64,000 nt of DNA from Azolla caroliniana. Lineage: Eukaryota > Plantae > Polypodiophyta. Position numbers and translations under genes: made by a program. Positions 1 to 12,300 of the stretch are shown one piece after another. The notes beneath the pieces were generated by a model that saw only the letters and a list, made by a program, of their open reading frames with translations, was not told where the DNA came from and made no database searches. The stretch spans positions 5,766,001-5,830,000 of the forward strand of contig JBHGNT010000009.1 in NCBI GenBank assembly GCA_043228905.1, written 5' to 3'. Position 1 is the first letter of the stretch. Every line of letters starts with the position of its first letter.

Positions 1-425
1 TCCCAAAGACTGACGGAGCCCGAAGCCGAACGATCCAAAATCGCCGAATTCGGCATAACCTTAGAAGGACCGGCGGCCCAATGGCACGCAAAGCACTTAC
101 CAGGCACCTTTGCCACATTCGATGCCTTGAAGGCCAGATTCCTCAGGTTTTTTCACAGACAATTTGAGCAAAAGGAATTGGGATGAGGCCGACGCGGAGG
201 CACACGTGTACGCATTCCTCCAAACATGGGAAGCCAACCATATCTCCCAAAGACTGACGGAGCCCGAAGCCGAACGATCCAAAATCGCCGAATTCGGCAT
301 AACCTTAGAAGGACCGGCGGCCCAATGGCACGCAAAGCACTTACCAGGCACCTTTGCCACATTCGATGCCTTGAAGGCCAGATTCCTCAGGTTTTTTCAC
401 AGACAATTTGAGCAAAAGGAATTGG
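1..425 (+). repeat. Direct tandem duplication (period 244 bp) inside gag
   Basis: 1-181 is identical to 245-425 by eye. Confidence 0.9.
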
Positions 426-1465
426 TCGGGCAGTTCTACACCACCCGGCAGGAAGAGAACGAGACTATGCCACAATTCATCATTCGGTTCCAGACCCTGC
501 ACAGCTAGCTGACAAGAGCACCACCCGAAGACGAAGCCAAAGCAGTCTTTCTGGCCGCACTAAAAGAGCCACTTCGAACAATGTGCGGAGTCCTTGATTT
601 CCAAACCAGCACAATGGACCAAGTTATTGATCGGGTTTTAGAAATGGACAAGACTAGCCCCTTCTTGTCGATGGGGATGTTACATCGGGCACTCCCAAAG
701 GAGGAAGACCTGAGGTTCCGACAGGCCTTACAATGTACAACATGCCTAAATTCGGGGCACTCAACAGTAGACTGCACCCTGCGGACACAATGTGTGATCT
801 GCAACTCTCGAGCCCATACAACGGACCGATGCGAATATAACCTGTTAAATCGGCAGGCAGCACCGGTTCGACACATAGAACCGCGCAATCAGAACCCGGA
901 CGAGGATCGATTCCGGAGAGACGACCGCTACCAACGCGAACGCGGTAACAGATACGCTGATAGAAGACGCGACAACTATGACCGAGAGGAGAGACGCAGA
1001 GATAGCTACCCCCGGGACCGGTACGACAGAGACGAATCCCCGGAAGACGACCGACGCAGAGAAGAGAGGCGACAAGGATACGCTGATAGAAGACGCGACA
1101 ACTATGACCGAGAGGAGAGATGCACAGATAGCTACCCCCGGGACCGGTACGACCGAGACGAAGCCCCGGAATACGACCGACGCAGAGAAGAGAGGCGACA
1201 AGGGAACCGAAATTTCCGACGGAATCAGAAGCATGGATTTTTCCGAAGAGAGGAACGTTGGGAGGCAGCAAGGAATGACAACCCGGTATCGGTACCGGAT
1301 AACCGAAAAACCGAAGACGACCGCCGGAGCATACCCACCCTCCAAACCGGGGACAAAGCAGAAACGAGCAACAGTCACAAGGTGTACTGTTATTACTGCC
1401 GCAAGGAAGGCCACTAGAGTAACCAATGCCCAAGCAAAAGCTATGACAAGCAGCCGGAAGTCAAC
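182..1465 (+). pseudogene. gag: Gypsy gag (capsid region plus three CCHC zinc knuckles) with two in-frame stops
   Basis: ORFs 164..508, 581..1417 and 1466.. share one frame. Knuckles are CTTCLNSGHSTVDC, CVICNSRAHTTDRC and CYYCRKEGH*SNQC. TAG stops at 506-508 and 1415-1417. Confidence 0.85.
951..1202 (+). repeat. Two in-frame 126-bp tandem units encoding an R/D/E-rich gag segment
   Basis: GATACGCTGATAGAAGACGCGAC... occurs at 951 and 1077, giving YADRRRDNYDREER twice. Confidence 0.85.
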
Positions 1466-4400
1466 ATGGTTACAGCCGAAATAACAGAAGTACAGCAGGT
1501 CACAACCCGGTCAAAGGGAAAGACCGCCGAGTGGGAAGCCCAGGAGGCAATCAGAAAACAAGCGACACAATGGATCAAGGAGGCCAATGAACAGAATGCG
1601 GCAGAAGTAAGAGACCAAAATATGCCAAAAGACGAAGAAATCATACAGCCAGGAGAAAACCCGACGTGGCAAGCGCTACAGGACTATCAAATCGTGCTGC
1701 CGTTAGCACGACTACTACAGTTAGTGCCACGATTTACGGCAGACCTACAGGCATCCGTCAGCAAACCGAAGCCGACGCCAACACCGGCATTCTTCTCCAA
1801 CCCGGAGGAAGGACCAGCGGTGGTCGATACAAGTAGCCCGGCAATCACGGCAATCGTGAAAGGAAAGGAAATTGCTGGAACGATTATTGACGGAGGCTCC
1901 GGGGTAAATGTCATCAGCCAACAGACATGCAACGACCTGGGCATCCGGGAATGGGAACCATGCCCCTTCTGGTTACGCATGGTGGATACTAGCTCAGTCC
2001 GACCGACCGGGCTTATCCGGGATTTGGAAATAACGATCGGAGGCCACGTATTCCGGATATCGGTCGTGGTGCTGCAGCTAAATGTACAAGGCGCGTACCC
2101 CCTACTGCTAGGACGACCATGGCTGCGAACGGCGCATATCAAGCAGAACTGGCAAAAGAACATGATCACATTTCGGCGAGGGAAAACAAAGGTACGAGTA
2201 ACGACGCAACCACGGGTGATCACCAGTAAGGAAGCAACTCCATTGTATGCGGAAAGCATTAACATGTTGGAGGGATTACCGGACGAGGAAGTCGAGCGGT
2301 ACCTCGAGGAACACCCACGAATCGTCCCACTATTTGAGGTGGAAATCACGGCGGCAGTAGAACCGTACATTACGACGCCGGAAGAACCGGACCAAGCGGC
2401 GATCCGGGAACTGCGACAAGCGCAGGAATCCCTAGAGAGGGAAATGACGATATCCCAGAGGGTAAAAGCATCCCAACTCGAGGAGGTGGACCTCGGCACA
2501 GCAGACAAGCCCCGACCGGTAAACGTTGCAAAGGAATTGCCGAAGGAAGAAAAGAAGGCAATGGTAGCATTATTAACAGACTTCAAGGATGTGTTCGCGT
2601 GGTCGTACGAAGACATGCGAGGGCTGGACCCCCAGCTCTATCAGCACCAAATTCACCTAAGTACGGACGCGAAACCGATTGCTCAACGCAGGTACCGAAT
2701 GAATCCGAATTATGCGGCAAAGGTGAAGGAGGAAAATGATAAGCTCCTCCGGGTCGGATTTATCCGACCGGTCAAGCAGGCAACCTGGCTGAGTCTGATA
2801 GTGGTGGTCCCGAAAAAGAACGGCAAAATCCGGGTATGCGTGGACTACCGAAAACTAAATGCCGCAACAGTGACCGATGCGTTTCCACTACCATTTACGG
2901 ACGGGGTGTTAGATGCGGTAGCCGGCCACGAAGTTTACAGCTTCCTGGATGGATTTAGCGGCTACAACCAAATACGAATGAACCCGGCCGACCAAGAGAA
3001 GACAGCGTTCGTGACGGAATGGGGAGTGTTCGTCGCGGTCGTGATGATGTTCGGACTAAAGACGGCTCCAGCGACCTTTCAAAGGATAATAATGGAAATT
3101 TTCGGGGAATATATCCCCGGTTTTATGCAGGTATTCCTTGACGATTTCGCGGTCTACAGCAGGCACGGAGAGCATCTCGATCACCTCCGGTTGTGCTTGG
3201 AGAAGTGCCGCGAGTACCGATTGAGCCTGAACCCGGCCAAGTGCGTCTTTGGAGTGGCAAGCGGAAACTTGTTAGGGCACGTGGTGAGTAAGGAAGGAAT
3301 CGCGGTAGATCCGGATAAAGTCAAGGCGATTCTCGAGGCACCAGCACCAAGTAACGCAAAGGCTTTAAGCCGGTTCTTGGGCCAAATAAGGTGGCATAGC
3401 CGGATGATACAGCACCTCGCAGACTTCGCTACACCGTTACATACCGCCGTACATAGGGTACCCTTCCTATGGGCGGAGACGGAGGAGGAATCCTACAAAG
3501 CGTTGAAGGTTATGCTATCGCAAGCTCCGGTGGTGCAACCGCCGGATTGGAGTAAAAGCTTTCACGTCTTCGTCGACGCGTCGGACGTAGCAATCGGCAG
3601 TGTTCTGATGCAACTCACGGAGCCGAAATGGTACCGACCGGTGTACTACGCAAGCCGGAAACTCTCAAAAGCCGAACGGAATTACTCTACGACGGAACGC
3701 GAGGCATTGGGAATGGTGTATAGTGTCACAAAGTACAGGCACTATCTGCTCGGAAGGAAGTTTTCCTTCCATGTCGACCATTCGGCACTACTCTACCTGG
3801 TCTCGAAGGCATCCCTGACGGGAAAAATTGCACGGTGGACACTGCTGCTACAGGAATTTGAATTCGACATTTTCCACCGACCCGGGGCGCAACATGCGGT
3901 AGCGGACTACCTAAGCAGACTCGAATCCGGAGAAGCAGGGGACGGCGTACAGGATGAGTTCCCCGACGCCGAGTTGTTCCGGATCACGACGGAACCAGCA
4001 ACGGATGCAACGGTAGCCGATGAAGACAAGTGGCTAACCGAGATGCATCAGTTCCTGAGCACCGGAGTACCCCCGGAGAACATGGACCGCGATGAAAGGA
4101 AAAGGGTAGCAGTAAGAAGCAGACATTTCTGCTTGGTTGGAGACACACTCTATCACAAGGGGGCAGATGGCATCTGGAGACGAGCAGTGCGGAGCGATGA
4201 GAAGGATCTAATCCTCAGGGAAGCCCACTGTGGAATTGCCGGCGGGCATTATGCCGGCGACGCAACCGCTCGGAAAATATGGCAGAGCGGACTGTGGTGG
4301 CCGACCACCCTAAAAGATGCCGTGAAGTATAGCAGAGAATGCGATTTGTGTCAACGACTGGGCCAACCCACAGAGCAGGCCCGGATGCCACACCACCCGG

Positions 4401-5336
4401 TCTTGCCCTTGGAACCGTTTCAAAAGTGGGGGTTGGACTTTGTCGGTCCCTTCAAACCACCGGCAATGCGAACCGGAAATCGGTATGTCATAGTGGCGAC
4501 CGACTACTGCACCAAATGGGTAGAAGCAAAGGCCTTACGGGACAACACGGCCGCGTCCACGGCAAAGTTTCTGTACGAGTGCATATGGTGCCGGTATGGA
4601 TGCCCGATCGAGCTTATAAGTGACCAAGGAGGACATTTTCTCGGGCAGGTAGTAGAAAGCCTGACGTCATTTTACGTGGTGGTACATAAAAAGAGTACTC
4701 CCTACTACCCTCAAGCCAATGGACTAGCGGAATCAACGAACAAAACTTTGCAGAACATCCTACGAAAAATCGTCAACGAGAACCGGACCGACTGGGATAC
4801 GAAATTGCAAAGCGCGCTATGGGCGTACCGAACAACGTACAAAACCAGCATCCGGACAACCCCGTTCCGACTAGCATTCGGGTTAGAAGCGGTCATGCCG
4901 GTAGAGTTCCAGATCCCCAGCTTACGGATTCAGGTGAAGGAGCGCTTAAGTGAGAACGAGTCCGAACGAATCCGGCTGGCGACGTTGTTGGAATTAGAGG
5001 AGAACCGAATAGCCAGCTTACTACAACTCGAACTGGAGCAAAGGAGGAGAAAAGCCTTCGTGGACCGACACCGGCGTGGCAATGAAAAGGAGTTCGAGGT
5101 CGGGAAACCGGTACTACTATTCCAGACACGGATGGGGAACATGCCGGGAAAGTTGCGGTTTCGATGGACCGGACCGTTCTGGATCACCAAGGGGTACAAT
5201 GGGTCGTATCAGCTCAGCACGTTGTCTGGAGATGTCATCGGCAAGTGGGCAAATGGATTTCGACTAAAGCTGTATAAGGGAAATATGCCAGCCAACCCGT
5301 TCAACCAAAACCCGGAAATCCGGCAAGATGAGGAAC
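1466..5336 (+). CDS. pol: Gypsy pol: aspartic protease, RT, RNase H, integrase; true C-terminus displaced by an inversion
   Basis: IIDGGSGVN (PR), RVCVDYRKLN, LDGFSGYNQI, FLDD (RT), VDASD...YYASRKL (RH), H-H-C-C zinc motif and DDE core, RWTGPF (GPY/F-type). The ORF is uninterrupted over ~1290 codons. Confidence 0.95.
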
Positions 5337-6115
5337 ATCTGTCGGCGCTTTGTGACCTTTTTCGGCGTCGTCTCCTGTCGACCTCTTTTCTTTTGTGTGA
5401 TGGGGAGCACCGGTGGGACTAACACCGTTAGCCATTGTGCTATCCCGGCCCATGGCTTTTTTCCTTCCACAAGATTTTTGATGGCCTCCTTCAATCCTTC
5501 GGTTATGAAATGGAGCCAGTCTATTTGTAAGCCCTCGTACGCTGCTATTAAGAACGTTGCCCGGTACTTGGCTATGGCTGGGGGACGGGGATTCACGAAT
5601 CCGTATTCCATCATAGCGCGGGCCACTTCTCCGAACAGCAGGTTCTCTCCGCCCTGCGTTCGGTACGCCTTGCTGCTGATAGAGTATTCCCCGAAATATT
5701 CAAACAGGATTTCACTGGAAGGGTTTTCGATTGATTGAAGTCCTCCTGCTTTGATCCCCGTGAGTGCCTGCACCGCTCCTTCCTTGACTTCTGATATATC
5801 GATCGATGCTGCCGCCTGCTCTGGTTCTGCGTGTGGTGGAGCCTCGGCGATCCGCAGCAATCCTTTTAACCCGTTCTCCCTCATCCATTGGCGTGCCTCT
5901 TCCGACAGTACCATTGTTTCGAATTCTTCTTCTGCTGCCTGTTGTTCGGGATCGCGCTGTGTGTGCTCTGTGCGTCGGGTCGCTCTTCTGTGCTTTTGCG
6001 CCTGTATGTAGTAAAATTCGTAAAAAGTGAGCCCTTCGCAGGCCTGTGTCTTATATAGTGGGTTGTGCCTCGAGCCGCCCTTTTTCGTTTCCTGCGCATG
6101 TTCCTCTCCCGCCAT
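5337..6115 (-). CDS. N-terminal ~260 aa of the retroelement extra ORF, now inverted
   Basis: Open frame MAGEEHAQ...KKVTKRRQM with globular-looking composition. It follows an A-rich spacer that lies after the pol stop on the same strand. Confidence 0.7.
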
Positions 6116-6289
6116 AATTAGTATGTCCTTTCTTGTTTGCCGCGTCTGAGTGCCCACGCTCCATGCTTTAAATAGCAAGTACGCGCACGTCCTTCTTTAA
6201 TGCATGGTGCCTCTTCGTTGCATGGTGGCGCTCCCACCTCTTGTGATCTCCCCATCATTACGATGATTCGCGTCGATTTTGCCCACGTC

Positions 6290-6322
<33 letters not shown>

Positions 6323-6380
6323 TATTTATTTATTTATTCTTCTTTTTTATTTTTTTATTTTTTCCTTTGCTTGGACCACG

Positions 6381-6568
6381 TCATTTGCTGGTCCCCCCCG
6401 ATTTGTTCGGGTCGGTTCGTGTGGATACCGGATCCTTCTGTCGGTTTTCCGGGATAGTCTTCGTCAGTATCGGTGTCGGTTCTTCCTCGGTCCGAATATC
6501 TACAGCAGCGTCTGTCGGTGTCGGTTCTTCCTCGGTCCGAATATCTTCAGCAGCGTCTGTCGGTGTCG
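6381..6568 (-). CDS. Displaced C-terminal tail of pol (IRTEEEPTPTDAA repeats)
   Basis: Continues the IRxxEEPTP repeat begun at the end of pol. Stop at 6381-6383. Confidence 0.75.
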
Positions 6569-8889
6569 AGAAACACACCCCCGGATGGACCCAGCAAGAA
6601 GCAGAACAGCAGGGGGAAGGACCATCCCGACAGCAACAGGAACCGGCAACAAAGGCAAAACCGGCAGGTAAAGGCAAAGGGAAAGCGGCCGAGGAGGAAC
6701 CGGTAGCGCGAAAACCAATCCATATAACGTTGCGACGGCCGGAACCGGAACCTGAGGTCTTTACACAAAAGGTCCGTCTGGTAACCGCACCGGAGGAGGA
6801 AGCTGAAACAGAAGACTCATCCGAACCACTGGTAAGACTCCCAGCAAGACAAGGTCGGGAGAAACGGGCGAAAGGACCGGCTCCACCAGTGGACAGAACT
6901 CAGCAGAGGGCGCAAGGACCATCTCCAGTAGCCGAGGCGGAAACAGCACCGGAACCCGTACCCAGGGAAGCAGCACCGACACCGATTGGGCCGGATTTCA
7001 GAGAACCGGTCATCCCAGAGAAGAAGAAGGAACAAGCGCCGGAGCCAGAGCCAGAGAAGAGGCCGGAAAATCAGCCTGACTTAAGTGAGCAAGGCCACCC
7101 CGACACCGGAAGAACAAAGCCACAATGGCTGAGATGTCTTTCGGAGCAGTTATCGGGAGTAGCAGACCAGTTAGAGAAAGAAGAAACGTGTAGGCAACAG
7201 CTGACGCATACAACAACTCAGGAGTTGGTCGCGCTCCGAACACAGATCGAGGAAATGCAAGGGGAGCTGTTGCAGGCAAGGGAAGGAATTCAACAAGCAC
7301 AAGCTGTCACCGAACCGGTCGGGACAACAAGGAAGCAACCAGAACCGGAACCGGAACCGGTAGCCTTGCAAACCGGCCCTGAGACCGAAAAAATAATAGA
7401 AACCTTACGAGAGGAGTTACAAGCTCAGGAGGCATTAAGGGAAAGAGAAAGGGAGCAGCGGAAAGCGGTGGAGGACGACAGACGAAAAATGGAAGAAGGC
7501 CTCCAGAAAGGTCGAGCCGCTAATGACCGACTGCAAGAAGAAAAAGAGAAGCTGCAAAAGGAGAAGGACCGACTACGTCGACATGCCGAGCAAGAGATAG
7601 AACGACTGCAGGAAGAACTCCGACAACAGAAGGACCGGGACGATCGGTTAAGAGCTCAGGCAACCCGACACCTGAAGCAGAAGACGGAGGACTTCGACCG
7701 TCTCTACCGAGATCACAAGCAGGCCGAGTCGGACAACAAAAAACAAGCAGCAGACTACGACCGGCAAATAGAGAAGCTCAAAGAGCAGCTCAAAGAGACC
7801 CGATTAGACCTGGCTAAGGCGATGGATGAGGTCAGTGCCAACAAGGAAGCATTGTCGGCGGAAATAGCCCAAGCAACGGAGAGAAGGAAGGAATTAGAGG
7901 CGCTAAGGCGGGAAAAGCTGGACCTGACCAAGATCAGGAATGAAGAAAAGGAAAAATCGACCTTCACGATCAGCAAACTGCAGAGTACCTATGAAAAGTA
8001 GAAAGCAGATTACGAGGCCCAGGCTCAGATAATGGCCAACATTATAAAACGGGCAAGGAAGGAAAAGCAGGAAGCTTATGCGCATGCTAAGGCAGGGGTT
8101 GACCGGATCAAGCTCATCATGTCAGGATGGAGTACCCGAGCTCAGGCAAGCATCAATGAAAGTACGGAAAAGCTATGGAAGGAGTGGTCACAACAGGCAG
8201 CCGAGCTGCAGACACTCCGAGCGGATGCCGAGAATCAGAGGAAGACCGGTGACAAGTTCTACAAGATGGATGAGGAAAGTATCGTCGCCATTCGGGAAGA
8301 ATTGTCGGAAGATTTCTACACTTTAGCGGAAGAACATCTCAAAGAAATCTGAGGGTTGGTAGAGAGGTTGGATGACGGGCAGCTCGCAACTCAGTTGGAG
8401 TTGGAGAGATACGAGCAGGACCGGTTACGACAGGAAGCTAAGGGAAGAACGACGCCAACCACTATTGGTGAGGGAACGCGACCGGCTGAAGATGAACCAA
8501 CCGACACAGAACAACCCCGACGAGGAATACCCGAAGACGAACTTGAAGAAGAGCAGGAGCGGACCGATGCCGGAGAAGAAGAAGAGCTGAGACCGGAAGA
8601 CACCAGAGCAGAGGAAGGAGGCATATCGAGTCGACCAGTCGAGACCGGAGAAAGCGACACTGGTAACAGAACAGAGCCAGGAACGGAGGGAGAACAGGAA
8701 GAACCCGGACGAAGAGGTGAGGAAGCACTGGCACCACAGAATCAAGCAGAGCCGGAGCAGCAAATTTTTACGGAACAGCCCACCCAACCGGAGGTCGGAG
8801 ACCAGGCAGGCAAGGAATAGGAACAGGAGGAAGAAGCACCACTTGACACCATCGAGCAGAGTGTGCTCGATATTTTGGAGGAAGACTGA
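6569..8889 (+). pseudogene. C-terminal ~770 codons of the extra ORF: Pro/Glu-rich linker, long coiled coil, acidic tail
   Basis: ORFs 6367..8001, 8032..8352 and 8356..8820 share one frame. They are separated by single TAG/TGA/TAG stops, and the frame ends LDILEED* at 8889. Confidence 0.75.
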
Positions 8890-8939
8890 GGCCGGGAGTG
8901 GATTCGAAGTGCAAGGCACTTTCCCACGGGCGTGCCATG

Positions 8940-9294
8940 TGTTGGCCGGTCAGAAGAGCAAGGACAAGTGGGAAGGCGGAATCGGATCGGATAATAGGAA
9001 GTAAATAATAGTAGAATTATTATTCGGAGGGACGGATCCGGTACAGTTGTACCGATCCGGATCCGGACCGATTCGGATGTCGGTTGCCTAAGCGCACCGA
9101 TTGTAACCTTGTCGGATGCCTATAAAAGGATCCGATGATTTGTAAAGTTTTTTGACGGAAGTAATACAATAGTAATTATTGCTTGCTTATCTGTATCTCG
9201 TATTGTTTACCGTCTGTGCTTAATTGTAATCATCTTACGCGTGTAACCTAGCATCCAATCCTTACCACCCCTTTGGAGAAGTGTCGGATAGACA
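8940..9294 (+). repeat. Probable 3' LTR of the Gypsy element (start uncertain)
   Basis: TATAAAA at 9121, a T-rich U5-like stretch, and a CA end at 9294 before Copia sequence resumes. No second copy in the window for confirmation. Confidence 0.5.
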
Positions 9295-9306
9295 CCTGTG
9301 TTGAGG

Positions 9307-12300
9307 CTAGTCCGGCCAGACAGACAACAATCTGCTCAATAGGCCCATCTCAGCAGTCACGTTGTTGTGACTCCGGCGCTTGCCGATCCGTTGGTTTTCC
9401 CACGATGGCATCGACTTCCGTTGTGTCCGTGTCCCCTTGGCCTTCAGTCGATCCGACTCATCCGGGTCCATCTGTTGATCCGAGTCAGCTGTCTCTGACT
9501 CGTTCCAGCTCTTGTCCGAATCGGTACACTCCGATTCGACTTCCGGCTTCAGGCCTCTCACCACATCGGACCACTTCCGAGTCTTGGCCTTCTCCATGCT
9601 TCCCTCAGCTTCTTCAGCCGGTGAACCGAAATCGAATTCTCCATTCGACTCCGCATCATGGTCAGTACCGTCGTGATGACCTCCGGACAACATGCACTTC
9701 TCTTCCTGAGTGCACAACTCTTCTTCACAGCCGCTTGCTCCGACCTGTTCGGATGTGTCAACTTCCTTCGTCGACTCGGCTTCCTTCATCTTCTTGTCTC
9801 CTCTTCTTCCGGCTCTCCTCTTACCGATGGGTTCAACAGTTTTTTTGCCTTTGCCAGTTTCGGTAGAGACTTTGCCCTTGCTTCTCCCCCTCAAGTGTGG
9901 CACGTCGAGATGCTGAATACCAAGCATGTCGGTAAAGTGCTGCAACTTGTCCGCTCCGAGCGACTTGGTGAAGATGTCAACAACTTGCCGATCCGTATGA
10001 ACATACTGTAGGTCAACTTCACCGCTTAGGACCCGCTCACGCACGAAGTGGTAGTGCACCTCGATGTGCTTTGTGCGAGCATGGAACACAGGGTTCCTGG
10101 CGAGCTGCAGGCTGCTCATGTTATCGCAGTAAATCGGGATCAGGGTCGGCACCTCGATCCGCAAGTCTCGCAGCAGTCGCGGAAGCCAGATGGCTTCACA
10201 AGTGGCAACGGTAACGGCCCGGTACTCAGCCTCAGTGCTTGACAAAGCCACTGTGGGCTGCTTCTTGCTGCTCCACGCAACGGTCGCGCTACCTATGGAG
10301 AACATGTATCCAGAAGTGGAGCGGCGATCAGACGCATCGCCAGCCCAGTCAGCATCGGTGTAACCGACAAGCTCTTCGGGTATACCTCGCCGGTATAGCA
10401 GTCCCCGGTCCTTAGTGCCGCTGACATACTGTAATATGCGTTGCGCGCACTGAAGGTGCTCCACGGTTGGCTTCTGCATGAACTGACTTACCATGCCGAC
10501 CGGATAGCTGATGTCGGGTCGGGTGATGGTTAAGTAGATCAGGCTTCCGACAACCTGTCGGAACCGTTTCTCATTGCAGGCCGGTCCGGAGTTGGGACGG
10601 AGCTTCTAGTTTCGGTCCAGGGGTGTGGAGACAGGTCGGCAATCCGTCATGCCGAACTTATACAGCATATTCAACACGTAATGTCGTTGTGAGAGCAATA
10701 TGCCGTCGGGTGTCCGGATCACTTCGATCCCAAGAAAATAATGAAGGTCCCCCAGGTCCTTCATTTCGAATGCGTCCGACAACTGGGACTTGACGCGGTT
10801 GATTTCGGGAAGACCCGGTCCGGTGATGACTAAATCATCCACATACAAGAGTATACATACCGGACCGTCAGAGCCTTGCCAGATGAACAACGAAGAGTCC
10901 GACTTGGAGACAGAAAACCCCATCTTACGCAACCGGTGCGTGATCTTCGCGTTCCAAGCTCAGGGGGCTTGCTTCAAGCCGTAAAGCGACTTCTTCAGTC
11001 GGCATACCGCCGACTTGTTCATCTCCGATTGAAATCCGGGGGGCTGAGTCATAAAGACTTCTTCTTCAAGCTCTCCTTGAAGGAAGGCATTCTTCACATC
11101 CATCTGGTGAAGATGCCACCCCCTTGCCGCAGCAACCGCCAGTACCACACGAACCGTCGTCATCTTCGCCACAGGAGCGAAGGTCTCATCGTAGTTCATT
11201 CCGTCGGTCTGCGCGTATCCCTTCGCCACTAACCGGGCTTTGTACTGGTTAACAGAACCGTCGGCGTTGTACTTGACCTTGTACACCCACTTGCATCCGA
11301 TCGGTTTATAGTGACGGGGAGGATCAACTAGGTCCCAAGTTTCATTGGCATCGAGTGCCCGCATTTCTTCGTCCATAGCGGCACGCCAATTTGCATCCTT
11401 TGCCGCTTCTGCGTAGCTCTCCGGCTCGCGCACTTCTGTCACCTTAGTCATGTATGCATAATGATGCGCCATGTATTCATTGTACCCGTACCGCACGACA
11501 GGATCCTTCTGACGGGTTGATCGGCGCAACGCACCATCACCTGATTTGAGGCCCTTCTTGGCCAGTTCGGTCTTCGTTGCCGAAGATCTGCCTTTCTCCT
11601 TTCCGGAGTCGGATACGCACCGATCCGACTCATCGATGCCGGTTTCGAATTACGACATCTTCCTTTTCCCTTTCTCTTTGCGCGTGAACCGTTTCCTCGG
11701 TTCCTTGCGCGGGGAGAGCACGGCAGAGTCTCCACCACTTGCCGTCTCTTCATCCGACTGGTCCAACCGACTCAGTCGCTCGTTCGGTCCACTCAACCGT
11801 AACGATTCCGGACTCTCATCTTGAGTCCCTACATCATCATCCTCTGCCAGGGCTGATTCAGGCTCACTGGCCTGATCTTCCGACATTGGGTCGGGATCGG
11901 AAGTTGGAGTGGGTACGGATTACCAGGATGCCGATTCATCGAACTCGACATCCCGGCTAACTCGGACTTCCTTCGTCCGGGGGTTATAGCACTTATACCC
12001 CTTTTGCTGTTCAGCATAGCCGACTAGGATGCATTTTTCCGATTTTGCATCCAGCTTTCTCCGCTTCTGATCCGGCACATGCACATACGCTATGCTGCCG
12101 AATATCCGAAGGTGTCTCAAGTTCGGCTTGCGCCCGAAATACAGCTCATGAGCTGACACCTTGTCACCAATGAGGTTTTGTATTTAGACGGCCGTCCGGA
12201 CCGCCTCCGCCCAATAGAACCGGGGCATGCTCTTCTCCTTCAGCATTGTCCTTGCCGCTTCGACGAGTGTCCGGTTCTTCCTTTCGGCCACACCGTTTTG

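Larger units (their letters stand above)
5337..6568. other. Internal inversion (~1.23 kb) within the Gypsy element
   Basis: Flipping the segment joins pol ...IRQDEE to PTPTDAAEDIRTEEEPTP in frame, and brings ...KRRQM next to EKHTPGWTQQE. Confidence 0.85.
1..9294 (+). mobile_element. Ty3/Gypsy LTR retrotransposon, non-chromovirus (Athila-like), 5' end outside the window, with an extra 3' ORF
   Basis: Single-frame gag-pol in PR-RT-RH-INT order. Integrase motifs WGLDFVGPF and DYCTKWVEAKAL. No chromodomain seen. Long extra ORF after pol. TATA-containing LTR-like tail ending ...TAGACA at 9294. The lineage call is an inference. Confidence 0.88.

Noticed and set aside
654-2616. Long antisense ORFs over gag-pol (also 12178-12996 and 41015-41846)
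   Set aside because: Shadow frames of GC-rich coding sequence with no recognisable motifs.
5337-5422. Annotated pol C-terminus HLSALCDLF...RWD
   Set aside because: Read-through into the inverted segment, not the native end.
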